A DNA stretch of 64,000 nucleotides from Eledone cirrhosa (taxonomy: Eukaryota): assembly GCA_964016885.1 (NCBI GenBank), contig OZ024749.1, positions 33,356,001-33,420,000 of the forward strand. Direction: 5' to 3'. This document shows, piece by piece, positions 1 to 15,440 of this stretch. Below the pieces are notes generated by a model. It was not told where the DNA came from. It did not search any database and worked only from the letters and a program-made list of their open reading frames with translations. Each line of letters begins with the position of its first letter. Within the stretch, counting starts at the first letter, position 1. Position numbers and translations under genes: made by a program.

Positions 1-128
1 CTACTACTACTACTACTACTACTGTTGCTACTACTGTTGCTACTACTACCGCAACAACAACAACAACAACAACAGCTACTACTACTACTACTACTACTAC
101 TGTTACTACTATAACAACAACAACAACA

Positions 129-170
<42 letters not shown>

Positions 171-197
171 GTTGCTACTACTACTGCAACAACAACA

Positions 198-233
<36 letters not shown>

Positions 234-235
234 GT

Positions 236-280
<45 letters not shown>

Positions 281-281
281 A

Positions 282-328
<47 letters not shown>

Positions 329-333
329 AACAA
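1..333. repeat. (CTA)n/(CAA)n compound microsatellite
   Basis: Read directly; explains the poly-Leu ORF 172..354. Confidence 0.97.
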
Positions 334-459
334 CAGTTCAGTTCCCCTATGTAACCCCTTAAGTTCGTGACCTTTTTTCCTCCCCCTTTCCCTCCCTTCC
401 CTACTTAGAGTCGCCAGGGCCATTAAGATATTGCTGAAGTGCTGAAAATCTAGAAGGAA

Positions 460-622
460 CACATACACGTACACACAAATATATATATACATACACATAT
501 ATATATAAATACACATATATTCATATATACATACATTTACACACATATATACACACACACACACACAATGTAAATACACATATGCACATATATATATATA
601 TATATACATACATGCATATACG

Positions 623-657
<35 letters not shown>

Positions 658-813
658 TATAAATACTTATACACATATACATTCACATACAGCTACATAC
701 ACACATCTCACACAAACACATACATACATATACACACATATATACACACACACACACACAATGTAAATACACATATGCACATATATATATATATATACAT
801 ACATGCATATACG

Positions 814-846
<33 letters not shown>

Positions 847-1002
847 TATAAATACTTATACACATATACATTCACATACAGCTACATACACACACCTCAC
901 ACAAACACATACATACATATACACACATATATACACACACACACACACAATGTAAATACACATATGCACACATATATATATATATACATACATGCATATA
1001 CG

Positions 1003-1039
<37 letters not shown>

Positions 1040-1193
1040 TATAAATACTTATACACATATACATTCACATACAGCTACATACACACACCTCACACAAACA
1101 CATACATACATATACACACATATATACACACACACACACACAATGTAAATACACATATGCACATATATATATATATACATACATGCATATACG

Positions 1194-1228
<35 letters not shown>

Positions 1229-1384
1229 TATAAATACTTATACACATATACATTCACATACAGCTACATACACACACCTCACACAAACACATACATACAT
1301 ATACACACATATATACACACACACACACACAATGTAAATACACATATGCACACATATATATATATATACATACATGCATATACG

Positions 1385-1421
<37 letters not shown>

Positions 1422-1575
1422 TATAAATACTTATACACATATACATTCACATACAGCTACATACACACACCTCACACAAACACATACATACATATACACA
1501 CATATATACACACACACACACACAATGTAAATACACATATGCACATATATATATATATACATACATGCATATACG

Positions 1576-1610
<35 letters not shown>

Positions 1611-1766
1611 TATAAATACTTATACACATATACATTCACATACAGCTACATACACACACCTCACACAAACACATACATACATATACATACATATATACAC
1701 ACACACACACACAATGTAAATACACATATGCACATATATATATATATATACATACATGCATATACG

Positions 1767-1801
<35 letters not shown>

Positions 1802-1955
1802 TATAAATACTTATACACATATACATTCACATACAGCTACATACACACACCTCACACAAACACATACATACATATACACACATATATACACACACACACA
1901 CACAATGTAAATACACATATGCACATATATATATATATACATACATGCATATACG

Positions 1956-1990
<35 letters not shown>

Positions 1991-2146
1991 TATAAATACT
2001 TATACACATATACATTCACATACAGCTACATACACACACCTCACACAAACACATACATACATATACATACATATATACACACACACACACACAATGTAAA
2101 TACACATATGCACATATATATATATATATACATACATGCATATACG

Positions 2147-2181
<35 letters not shown>

Positions 2182-2265
2182 TATAAATACTTATACACAT
2201 ATACATTCACATACAGCTACATACACACACCTCACACACACACACACACACTCACACACACACAC
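460..2265. repeat. ~191-bp tandem satellite built from (CA)/(TA) microsatellite blocks, ~9 copies
   Basis: Anchor TGTAAATACACATATGC recurs at ~569, 763, 951, 1144, 1333, 1526, 1715, 1906 and 2095. Confidence 0.93.
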
Positions 2266-2424
2266 ACCAATAACTTGATTAACTGACTTAGTCTTCCAGG
2301 TTCTTTCATTTTGTCACCAGAAAGTTCATTATCGGAAATGTTATACAGTTTTTATCCAAATAAGGTTCTTTTAATTATTTAAACCCTTTTGTTAGCATAT
2401 TTCTATGGGAAAACACGGTCTTAG

Positions 2425-2590
2425 GGATTTACTAATATAACCAACTTCTTCATTGGTATTTGGGGCATACTCGGCACAGAGTTGACCACCCGCAGGTGTG
2501 AGTCTCTCGAGCTGGAATGTCTCTTCCAGCGTGTATCCCTCACCATTCTCCGGGTAAACGCCTTCTCTATTCTGTCTGCCGGGGCCATCG
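2425..2590 (+). mobile_element. 3' fragment of a CRE-like (restriction-like endonuclease) non-LTR retrotransposon ORF
   Basis: The + frame from 2425 reads ...TELTTRRCESLELECLFQRVSLTILRVNAFSILSAG, resembling the (W/F)LxQRxSxAxxRGNA C-terminus of CRE-type elements; recognised by eye. Confidence 0.6.
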
Positions 2591-2634
2591 GGTGGCCAGC
2601 GCTTGGGTCCCCATTTGCTCATAATAATTGTACG

Positions 2635-2816
2635 ACCCCGTAATGATGAAAGGCAAAGTCAACCTCGGCGGGATTTGAACTCAGATCGTAAAGGGACGTA
2701 ACTATGTTGGAAAGCATGTCCGACCCTCTACCGATACTGCCAATCCACCGCCCTGTGTGGATAATAATTGTTTCTACTTTAGGCACAAGGCCAGCAATTA
2801 CCCAGTGCATTACTGG
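2635..2816 (-). mobile_element. tRNA-derived SINE family 1, two abutting fragments
   Basis: Reverse complement carries A-box TGGCAGTATCGG, B-box GAGTTCAAATCC and the body GCCGAGGTTGACTTTGCCTTTCATC; a second 3' tail lies at 2761-2816. Confidence 0.85.
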
Positions 2817-2828
2817 TTGTGGATAATA

Positions 2829-3065
2829 ATATTAGAAAGTGAGGTTTTTTTTTACAAAATGAAAAAAAAAAACGAGGTGTCCTACACGAGTGAAAGTATA
2901 AGGAAAAAAGATGAAATCGAAAATGCAACTTGAGTCTTTTTTTTTTTAAATATATATTTATTTGGTTCCTTTACCGGTTTCGCAGTTCTTCAGCTTTTCA
3001 AAAGTAGAATTGAGATGGAGGGTTTGTGGTTTTTCTCACATGTGAGTTGCATTTTCGATTTCATA
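2829..3065 (-). mobile_element. Penelope-like terminal-repeat remnant with decayed hammerhead; inverted near-copy of 44032-44240
   Basis: About 210 bp closely similar to the reverse complement of 44032-44240; GAAACCGGTA core on the minus strand; 3046-3063 is an inverted copy of an internal segment. Confidence 0.6.
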
Positions 3066-3336
3066 TATATATATATATATGTTTCACGGACACACACTCA
3101 CGCATAGACATTCTTTTATTGACATACATTCTTAAAAAATTCCTGTTGAAAAAAAGGTTCAATTTGTTACTTAACAAAGGTTTTTCGTTTTGCATTTGTT
3201 CTGCAAGATTCTTGATGTGAAATCGTGTATTGAAACATGTATTATCATACTTTGGGAGGGTTATGTTGTCACAGAAAGACAAGATGAAATAAATAGAACA
3301 AAATCAAAACGAAGAGGAGACACAGAGGAGCAAGAG

Positions 3337-3384
3337 TAGTCATTGAGAAAGTCACAAGATGTGTGACGAAAGAGCTTTGACAAT
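3337..3384 (+). ncRNA. Decayed minimal type-I hammerhead ribozyme
   Basis: gtca-TTGAGAA-a-gtcaca/tgtgac-GAAA-GAGC-TT-tgac: stems I and II intact, core mutated. The sister copy at 4428 has CTGAGGA. Confidence 0.6.
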
Positions 3385-3433
3385 TAAATGACTATCTGCT
3401 TACTAAACTGAGGAATTGATTGGTTACCTATCT

Positions 3434-3615
3434 AATAATGATTTCTACTACAGGCACAAGGCCAGCAATTTGTGGAGACGAGGAAGTCGATTAAATCGAC
3501 CCCAGTGCGTAACTGGTACTTTATTTTATCGACTCCGTAAGGATGAAAGGCAAAGTTATGAAATGATGCAAAGCATGATGTACGACTCTCTATCGATACT
3601 GCCAATCCACCGCCC
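3434..3615 (-). mobile_element. SINE family 1, long-tail variant, internally deleted
   Basis: Same head and body as other copies, with the GTCGATTAAATCGAC tail hairpin. Confidence 0.8.
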
Positions 3616-4427
3616 TTACCTGACTAATAATAAAACTAAAATGAAATTCACTGGTGTGTGTGTTTTTTTATTGGTAGCATGACCAAAGTAAAACAATTAA
3701 TAAAGGTTCTTACATAAAATTATGATGGAAGTTTTATGGATAAATATCAACACTTTTAAGTAAACAATTTTGTATCGTAGATCCAAGGGCGGTTTCAGGT
3801 GGCTTGCTATCAAGGCGGGTTTTAATATAGTAAGTCTACAATGACTATACATTTATAGAAAAGAAAACATTGAATAATATTATTTGTATTTCAATAAAAA
3901 ACATATACAAACGTTATAAAGAAAAACATCTTTTCAACAAAAATTGATGTAATTCAATAAAGACAATATACTTTCTTTAGTTTATGTAGCAAGTAAAAAT
4001 ACGAAACGCTAAAAAATATATATAAGATGTCACTTGTTTTGTTACATTTTTATTCCGAGAAGGGGAAAAAACCCAAACAAACAAATGAAAAAAAAAAATC
4101 ATCAAGTATGATTTTTTTATTCTGACAAAGCTCTAATACATTCTTATACCAAGACTTGTGGACATGTGTTGTCAATAATCACAGCAATCGCATTGAAGTT
4201 ATTTAATTTTTTTTAGTCCCCGGTTGGTATGTCATATATACCAGGATATATGGATATATGAATAATCATACAAACTGGGAAATTTTTGTTTTGATAAATT
4301 AAATGTTTGCTTAAGAGAAACCCTATAGTTTATGTTGGAAGTGATTAATAATAAAAGTGATATTTCAACACTATATTTCTAAGATATAATTACAAAAACA
4401 AGATGGTGTAGGGTAGAACAAAGGAGA

Positions 4428-4473
4428 CACACTGAGGAGGTCACAGAATGTGTGACGAAAAAGCTTTGACAAT
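4428..4473 (+). ncRNA. Minimal type-I hammerhead (core present, 5' stem I strand lost) in a PLE-like remnant (~4395-4600)
   Basis: CTGAGGA-g-gtcaca/tgtgac-GAAA-AAGC-TT-tgac; the remnant ends in the recurrent motif CCCAAAGTATAATAAT. Confidence 0.6.
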
Positions 4474-4862
4474 ATATAAACAACCTTCCGGTTATCGAAC
4501 CAACCAACCAACCGGAAATTTATAATAAATTGAATTGAAAACCAACAGTTGAATGTGATTTTATTGATAACATGACATTCCCAAAGTATAATAATTAAAT
4601 AAATGTTCAGCATATATGTAGAAAGACATGCAGCATTAAATGTAGGAATAACTAATAAGAAATAAATATTTACTGGGGCAAATGTAGGGTTAGAACCTGG
4701 AACCTTGTGATTGGAAAGTGAACTTATTGTAGCAGCATGACTGAGACAGGAAATGTATTATGCATGTCAGTGTGTATGTGCGCGCGCGCGTACACGTGTG
4801 TATGTGTGTGCGCGTGCGTGTGTGTGCCTCTGTGTGAGTAAATTTTAAAGAGTCAGAGCTGG

Positions 4863-4900
<38 letters not shown>

Positions 4901-4943
4901 CGTTTCTGAATTTGTTTGACCCTCCCAAAGTATAACAATAACA

Positions 4944-4991
<48 letters not shown>

Positions 4992-5064
4992 ATGTGTGTA
5001 TATATATATATATCATATGTATATCATATGTATATATATATAATGTGTATATATATATACATAT

Positions 5065-5099
<35 letters not shown>

Positions 5100-5240
5100 A
5101 TATATACATATATATATGTACATATATATATATATATATATATGTATACATATATATATATATATAAACACACACATACACACATACACACATATATATA
5201 TATAATATATACATATACATATATATGTATATATATATAT

Positions 5241-5287
<47 letters not shown>

Positions 5288-5379
5288 TTTGGCAACCATT
5301 CACGGTGTGGCTCAATGACGAATTAATTAAATAATTAATAGTCTGAGAAATATATAAAAAGTAAGTCCATAGAATCATT

Positions 5380-5432
<53 letters not shown>

Positions 5433-5438
<6 letters not shown>

Positions 5439-5456
5439 ATCACGCTGGGTTGATCC

Positions 5457-5526
<70 letters not shown>

Positions 5527-5544
5527 ATCACGCTGGGTTGATCC

Positions 5545-5592
<48 letters not shown>

Positions 5593-5611
5593 ATCACGCT
5601 GGGTTGATCCT
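5433..5611. repeat. Three copies of TACCATCACGCTGGGTTGATCCT(GCA) separated by (TA)n
   Basis: Read directly; spacers are pure TA tracts. Confidence 0.9.
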
Positions 5612-6032
5612 CCACTACCATTACAGATATAATTTTAATCCTTCAATCAAAATTCGGATAGTTGGATCGTTTTCTCCAAGTCGTTCTTAAGTACGAGTTA
5701 TATCACATCAGATAAAATTTAAGTTTGTTAAAACCGGTTGTGGAGACGTGTTTACACTATCTGATCGAGTCACTTGTAGTTTTGTTAAGTCTTAAAGGTT
5801 TTCAAAGTTGAGGGTCTCATTATCAGTTGGTGATAAATCTTGAACACCCCAATCAACTCCTTCAAATCCAACTTTTTACTATCCCTATTTCCTGCGCCAT
5901 TTTTACACTGTTATCGCTGATTGAAATGTTTAAGCCTCTACTCTATGGTTTTCTTTATACAATTTTATCGAAACTTCAATGAGACATGTTTGTTTAATAT
6001 CTACCAGTGCACCTTTAATATTTTTTATTGAG

Positions 6033-6432
6033 TGGGATTGGCAGTTTCGGTGGAGCGTCGGGAACATGATTTATGGCATAATGTCACAGCCCTTTACAAT
6101 CTGAGTTTAAATCCTGCCGAGATTAGCTTGGCCTTTCAGCCTTACGTGGGGTCGATAAAATAAAGTACTAGTAATGGACTAAATTGTTGGCTTTATGCCT
6201 GAATCAGAAACCAATATTTTCTATTGAGTAAATTGTCAGTATCGGTGGAGCGTCGGACACCATACTTTATGGTACAGAGTTACGGCCCTTTATGTTCTGA
6301 GTTCAAATCCTGTCGAGGTTAGCTTTGCCTTTCATCCTTACGGTGTCGATCGATAAAATAAAGTACAGTAATGCACTGGGGTAGATTTAATTGACTTTCC
6401 CCTTCCACAAAATTGTTGCCTTTATGCCTAAA
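6033..6432 (+). mobile_element. Tandem pair of diverged SINE family 1 copies
   Basis: Two heads (A and B boxes) and bodies at ~6033-6214 and ~6231-6432. Confidence 0.8.
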
Positions 6433-6859
6433 GATTTTTTATTGCCTGCATATTGTAATTTTTGTAGAATTTTTTCAGAATGTTTTCAGAATTTTTCCAG
6501 AAATTTTCAGAAATCGATAAAGAATCCACCACCCTTTTTTTTTTATAACCGTTAGTTTGTCATCTAATGATACAACGCTTACGTGACATATTGGGATAAC
6601 AAGAGAACTGAAGTAATATTAAAAAGAATTACTGTATTTTAAGGAAATAGGAAATATCTACAGAAGTGGCACGGCGTAGCACGAACGAGCTCTCCAGAAT
6701 GCAAAAGGTAAATCAAGTGTGACTGACTCATTGTTTTTTTTTGGTTGCATCAATAAAGCAGAGAGATTGTCTCTTTATAAAGAAGATTCAAATTTAAACA
6801 TGAAATTCTGAGGATGGCCACGCTAAGAGAATGTTATTTTTTAAAATTATTATCGAGGA

Positions 6860-6903
<44 letters not shown>

Positions 6904-6905
6904 CT

Positions 6906-7010
<105 letters not shown>

Positions 7011-7023
7011 TAACAGATTAAAG

Positions 7024-7061
<38 letters not shown>

Positions 7062-7069
7062 TATATATA

Positions 7070-7118
<49 letters not shown>

Positions 7119-7126
7119 GTTATTAC

Positions 7127-7521
7127 TCCTTGAGTCTCAGTCATTGATGTTAGTTAACTGGAAAGTTTGTTGAAATGAATATCAAGCCACTACCTGCAGC
7201 CCCAGATATTCAGGACGTATCGGGAGGGTTCTTGCTGTTTCCAGCAAGCATGCCTTTTGAAGCGTTTCCAAAAAGCGTGAAGGGGCCAATTTTCTTTAAC
7301 CATCCCTGGAAACTTTTTGAGATAGTCCCTAGTACGCCTATGACAATCGGGATCACTTTGACTTCATGGCAGTTCCAAATCCTTTTTACCTCCCACTTTA
7401 AGTCCTGGTATCGGTTAATTTTCTCCCTCTCCTTCTCTTGCACTCTCGTGTCGAATGGGCAGGCCCACATCCACAATCAGGCACGATCTTTTTTCTTTGT
7501 CCAAAACCACCAGGTCAGGTC
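7127..7521 (-). mobile_element. 3' fragment of an R4/Dong-clade non-LTR retrotransposon in (TAA)n
   Basis: Minus strand reads PDLVVLDKEKRSCLIVDV/ACPFDTRV..EKINRYQDLKWEVKRIW..VIPIVIGVLG (RLE domain, frameshifted); (TTA)n on both flanks, matching the known Dong target. Confidence 0.88.
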
Positions 7522-7594
<73 letters not shown>

Positions 7595-7684
7595 TATATA
7601 TATATATATATATATTCAAACAGAACTTAAAACGATAAGTTCTTGTTTTTGGATATGTCACTATCTATAAAACAACTTTTGTAT

Positions 7685-7742
7685 TTTATCTGATGAGAAC
7701 GTAACCAAAAAATGTTGGTACCCTTGAAATATATATAATAAA
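7685..7742 (+). ncRNA. Minimal type-I hammerhead ribozyme, intact core
   Basis: tttat-CTGATGA-imperfect stem II-GAAA-TATATA-TA-ataaa: 5-bp stem I, palindromic stem III, AUA cleavage triplet. Confidence 0.68.
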
Positions 7743-7875
7743 TTAAATATGGTTTTATAAAGATAGTTTCCATTTATTAATATTATTGATATTATACTCC
7801 AGAAGAAACTTGTAGAGTTCTTCGAATCTGTTATAAATAAATTGTTGAATAACCAACAAATTAAATAACTCTTTG

Positions 7876-7917
<42 letters not shown>

Positions 7918-8067
7918 CATACATAGACATATATGTGTGTATGTGTATGTGAGACTCGTGTTCAATCAGGGGCAACCACAGCAAGTAAGGTACTCAATAC
8001 TTTAGTTCGGCTCTTCTGTGTTCGGACCTGGTGTGCAGCGTCAGTTGTTACAGCAGTTAATATATAT

Positions 8068-9366
<1,299 letters not shown>

Positions 9367-9446
9367 ATATATATATATACATATAGATATATATATATAC
9401 ACACACACACATATATATACACACATATATATATATATATACTCAC

Positions 9447-9481
<35 letters not shown>

Positions 9482-9493
9482 TACACACACACG

Positions 9494-9537
<44 letters not shown>

Positions 9538-9606
9538 ATATATATATATACATATACATATATATATATACACACACACACATATATATACACACACATA
9601 TATACT

Positions 9607-9689
<83 letters not shown>

Positions 9690-10253
9690 GCAATTACACA
9701 CACACATATATATATATAAATATACACACACACACACACACAACACACACAAACACACAACTACACACACGCACACACACGCACATATATATATGTATAT
9801 ACTCACACATTCACACATATATAAATGTGTATCACAACAGAACGATCAGTTCAACAGTTGGTGTTATGTTTTAACACTGATAAGCGAATATCTTCTGTTT
9901 ACACAGAATCAATTAGCATTTTGGACTAAGGGACCGGAAATAAAATTATGAATTGCTTTTGGAAGGCTTTTTGCTGTCGTTGGTGCTGTTGTTGTTGTTG
10001 TTGTCGTTGTCGTTGTCATTTGTCGTTGTGCTTATGTTAGTAATCTGGTTTTTCCTATTGTTTTCTCCCTCTTCTATTCCCCCCCCCCCCCCCCTCCTCC
10101 TACCCCCCACCCATCCTACCCCTCCTCCACCACCACCACCACCACCACAACAACAACAACACCAACACCACCACCACCACCACCACCACCACCAGCACCT
10201 CCATCACCACCTCCACTTCCTCTTTGCAGATATAAAGTATGAGAGAGAGAGAG

Positions 10254-10286
<33 letters not shown>

Positions 10287-10333
10287 TATATATATAGAGA
10301 GAGAGGATATATATATATATATATATGATATAT

Positions 10334-10495
10334 AAATGGCTTCTATTCGAAGGGAATCATCAGGGCTTTCCTAATGATTTCCTTCGAATGAAACAGTTCT
10401 AGTCTTGTAGAAGCCATTTCTATATTAAATATTCATACACTGCTATGTATTGAGTACCTCACTTACTGTGGTTAGCCCCGATTGAAACCGGGATA
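10334..10495 (+). mobile_element. PLE-like terminal remnant with hammerhead (10364-10415) and inverted 5' segments
   Basis: ggctttc-CTAATGA-stem II-GAAA-CAG..TTG-TA-gaagcc; the inverted copy at 10345-10364 preserves CTGATGA; TATTGAGTAC at 10448. Confidence 0.7.
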
Positions 10496-10519
10496 CATAC
10501 ACACACACACACACACACG

Positions 10520-10662
<143 letters not shown>

Positions 10663-10759
10663 TATATATATATAAGAGAGAGTTGTGTGTTATTTACATA
10701 AAAACATATTGTATATGATCTCAATATACATCGCAATAATGATTTCTAAATCGGCACAC

Positions 10760-10943
10760 AATAATTGTTTCTACTTTTTGGCACAAGGCCAGCAATTATC
10801 CCAGTGGTACTTTATTTTATCGACCGCGTAAAGATGAAAGGCAAAGTTAACCTCGGCGGGATTTGAACTCAGATCGTAAAGGGACGTAATTGTGCTGCAA
10901 AGCAAGGTGTCCGGCGCTCTACGATTTTGCCAATCCACCGCCC
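10760..10943 (-). mobile_element. SINE family 1
   Basis: Full head, body and short tail on the minus strand. Confidence 0.88.
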
Positions 10944-11454
10944 TCAGCACTTAATAATATCTTAAGGTCAGCAATTTTGGGTGTGGGATGAGGAAGGAAA
11001 ATCGATTATATCCTACTCCAGTACATTACTGGTTATTATTTCAATTGACTTCTGCGGTATTTGGAGTCAGAATACAAAAAAAGAGAGAAAGAGAGGGGGG
11101 GGGGGAGAGGGAGGAGAGGAGAGAGAGAGAGAGAGTGAAGGTGAGTGACAGTGGCCTCCCCTCAGTATTGGAGTAGTACTTCATTTATCGATCAACAAAA
11201 AATATTAGGCAAAGTTCAGTGGAATATGATCTGAGAATTCAATGACTTGGAATTAATGGCGCGACGTTTCTCTAGAATCTGATCTCTCTAAATGATTCTA
11301 AGTAATCGCCGCCTTAAAAACAAACCTATTAAAATGAAGGCTGGGCTACACATAATAAATTGTTTCAAGAGAAATTAACATGAGAGGTTATTATCTGAGT
11401 ACGACTGTGTCACAGGACTAGGAATGAATTGACTATTAAGCAAAAATAAGCATC

Positions 11455-12192
11455 ATCACCACCTACACAACCTCCACCACCTCTACCACCACCGCCAGCA
11501 TCCCCCACCACCATCACCACAAGAGCCACCCCCTACTCCTCTTCCTCCTCCTCCTTCACCACCACCATCACCACCACCACCATCACCCCCATCACCACCA
11601 CCACCACTCCACTTCTTCCTTGCGGGTATAAAGTATGAGAGAGAGAGAGAGGGTATATATATATATTTGATATATAAATGGCTTCTACCTCCACTACCAC
11701 CTCCACTACCACCACCGTCACCACCACCACCACCACCACCACCGTCACAACTACTAGCAGCAGCATCAGCAGCAACCCCTCTATCACCACTACCCCCCCC
11801 CCCCCCCCACACCACACACACCTCCACCTGCGTTACCTACACCACCACCACTACCACTATCACCACCACCACTATTACTACCACCACCACCACCGTCACC
11901 ATCACCACCACCACTACTACCATCACCACAACCACAACCACCACTACCACCACTACTACTACTACTACTACCACCACCACCACCACCATCACCACTACCA
12001 CCATCACCATCACTACCACCACCACTACTACCACCACTACTACCACCACCAGTATTACCAACGCCACCTCTACCACCACTACTACTACCACCACCACCAC
12101 CACCATCATCACCTCCAACACCACTACCAATACTACCCCCTCACCAACACCACCACCACCCACTACCACCACTACCACCACCACCACCATAA
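11455..12192. repeat. (CCA/CTA)n low-complexity tract
   Basis: Read directly. Confidence 0.9.
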
Positions 12193-12407
12193 TATCTCAT
12201 ATTTCTCTATAGCTATATGAAATATCTTTACTTTGATACAGCAGACTATATTATCGCGAAGTTTTTTTAATTCTATTTCACAGAATCCTTGGTATTTTGC
12301 CATAAACCATTAAAATAATTTCCCTATATTCTGCAGGTTTTAAATTTCTTCTGCTAGGATTTGCTTATATTTTGATATAACACCACACACACACACACAC
12401 ACACACA

Positions 12408-12500
<93 letters not shown>

Positions 12501-12575
12501 ATGAAAAGAAAATATTAACATAAATAAAATAGAATTATATATGTATATATAATATAATTGTGTCACTCACACCCC

Positions 12576-12626
<51 letters not shown>

Positions 12627-12672
12627 GAGTGGTGGGTGTGCACGTGTTGGTGTGGGAAGTTGCGTGTGTTTG

Positions 12673-12713
<41 letters not shown>

Positions 12714-13190
12714 ATATATACATACACACATACACAGACCCACACACACACATATATATATGTGTATATAAACATACACATACATACATACAAACATACA
12801 TAGATACATACATACATACATATACGTCCATACATACATACATTCATACGTACAAGTGCAGACACGCATATTAATTATTTTGTGCACATCACAGCATATA
12901 TGAGATTAGATGGCATCACTGCAAATATTAATGTAAATATAGGTTATACAATTTCTTATTGTGAATATGTGTTCACAGCAGAACTAAATATTAGAAAATC
13001 TAGGATAAATTTAACGTAATATGTCGAAATGCATTTTATATACCTCGCGGTAAAAATTTCAACAAATGGAAAGTACATTCTGATATTCTTTTCGTACACA
13101 GAAGAAAGCAAACCGTAAGCGATTACCTACTCTGATCAAGTTGAACTATGATCAACGACGTTCCAGTCATGGCAATCCAGTCATATTTTC

Positions 13191-13476
13191 GAGTTCAAAT
13201 CCCGCCGAGGTTAACTTTGCCTTTCATCCTTACGGGGTCGATAAAATAAAGCACTGGTAACCTTGTGCCCAAAGTAGAAACAATTATTATATCGAGAGTA
13301 TCGGTAGAGAGTCGGACACCATGCTTTGAAGCATAGAGTTACGTCCCTTTATGATCTGAGTTCAAACCCCGCCGAGGTTAACTTTGCCTTTCATCCTTAC
13401 GGGGTCGATAAAATAAAGTACCAGTAATGCACTGGGTATTTGCTGGCCTTGTGCCCAAAGTAGAAACAATTATTAT
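13191..13476 (+). mobile_element. SINE family 1, partial plus near-full tandem copies
   Basis: Repeated body and tail ending AAAGTAGAAACAATTATTATATCGAG at ~13270 and ~13457. Confidence 0.88.
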
Positions 13477-14801
13477 ATCGAGGGCTACATTTTACTATTT
13501 GTGTATTTTTTTATGACGGCAAAATCTGAACTGAGGTAAATTTATCGGCTATTTCTAGCAAATCTAACGACCAGATAGAGGCCCACTCTTTAGTTTTTGT
13601 TGGCCGTCGTCTTTGTCGGCATCGTTGTTAAAAAGGACACATTGGATAATATAATCCGTGTTCAGCTGCGTCTAAATCAAGAAGAAAAAGACGTGCTGTG
13701 TGTGTCACTTGAAGTGCTTTCGATCTAAACTTACCTGGGGCTAAACAACATTTAACTCACCGACAATACCAAAACCGATAAGCCAGCTTCTTACGTGGTT
13801 TTAATTACTCTTTTACTCTTTTACCTGTTCCAGCCATCCGGCTGAGGCTATGCTGGGGCAACATACAAGATTGGAAAATATTCTTTAAACATTTTTTAAA
13901 AATTGTAAAGCTCTTAACGTCCTGTCCACTCGAAACCACATCAGGAAGAAATACCGAATCCTTCCCCGCTAGCCTTCTTTTCCAGGGTTTTCTCAATCTC
14001 TAGATAGCACTATGTTATACCCTTCACTAACATATTGATGTAATCACCTAATATCTGTAAGAACTAGATCTAATTGTTTTATATCAACGTCTTGAACATA
14101 CGCGGTTTAAAAAAAAAAGAAGCAACAATTGACCGCTTAAGATGAGGTCCCATTGTTGCAATCGTTTCAAGCGGAATACAATCTAACAATTTGATTATTG
14201 TACGGATAGATCAGCGAAGCGAAGCGAGTAACAATGAATAAGTTGCATAGTTAAAGTTACATAGTTAAATATAGGCAGAATATTAAATAACAAAATATCC
14301 GGTTGCTTCTTTAACAACGACTCCATTTGTTTAGATAAAGTGTACTACAGACGGTATAGCGTGTCAGACATATATACTTACAAAGGGCGATAGCTTTTCA
14401 CATCCTGATCGATAAAGTTTAGCAAACGTTTTGACACGACAGTCTTTCAAATAATCAACCAAGCCTGATATTTCACGCAACAATTACAGTTAAACAAGCA
14501 AGTCATGTCGAGATGTTGTTGATTTGTATTTGTATTGTTGTTGTTGTCGACGTTATTGTTGTTGTTGTTTAACCACAGGTCAGTTTTGATCTGGCAGACT
14601 TATATCATGAAAGTCATATGACTATCTTGTCCTTTTCACCAGCATTGCATTTTTATCTCTTTATCTTTATTTTTTTAAAGGATCCTTCGTCAGTATCGTC
14701 GATGAACATTCAGTTTTTCGATCAACCGAACTATCAAGTCAGTAAATCAATGTGTTATAGACAAAAATCACACGTGACATAATATGCGACAATGGCTAAA
14801 C

Positions 14802-15108
14802 CAAGCATGGGCAACCTTTTTCGAGAAGAGGGCCGCATGAAATATGGCTCATCACCAGGCGGGCCGCAAGCGCTAATTCACATTCGTGCCCACATTAAAA
14901 AAAAAAAGAGGGCAGTAACTCAGGTTGTTTAGATTTGTTTCTTCAGAATTCGTACACATTGTTTTCCTCGGTCGTAAAAATGATAGAAAGATAAATTACA
15001 AATGAAAAGTTGGGTTAAAAAAATCAGAAAGATTTCACTTAGGTGACTTGAGCGAGCCATTCAGAAAACTTGGAGAGCCGCATGCAGCTCGCAGGTTGCC
15101 CATGACTG
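14802..15108. mobile_element. hAT MITE, 307 bp
   Basis: TIRs CAAGCATGGGCAACC / GGTTGCCCATGACTG; perfect 8-bp TSD GGCTAAAC at 14794 and 15109. Confidence 0.9.
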
Positions 15109-15265
15109 GGCTAAACCTTGGAACTAGCATAATGATCACTTCTGGTCTAAGAACTCATGGGAGACAAAATTGAATATGAACAATATAGAGGAGACTGAGT
15201 GTGATCTTGGTAAGTTTAATGCCTAAGAAAAAACCACGCCACATAACATAGAACAGTATTTCTCA

Positions 15266-15440
15266 TGGCAGAATCGGTAGAGGGTCGGACGCCATGCTTT
15301 CCAGCATAGTTACGTCCCTTTACGATCTGAGTTCAAATCCCGCCGAGGTTGACTTTGCCTTTCATCCTTACGGGGTCGATAAAATAAAGTACCAGTAATG
15401 CACTGGGGTATTTGCTGGCCTTGTGCCTAAAGTAGAAACA
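15266..15440 (+). mobile_element. SINE family 1 with TSD
   Basis: Consensus-like copy; 11-bp TSD AGTATTTCTCA at 15255 and 15441. Confidence 0.92.

Noticed and set aside
5433-5611. CRISPR-like repeat-spacer pattern
   Set aside because: Spacers are pure (TA)n, the context is eukaryotic and there are no cas genes.
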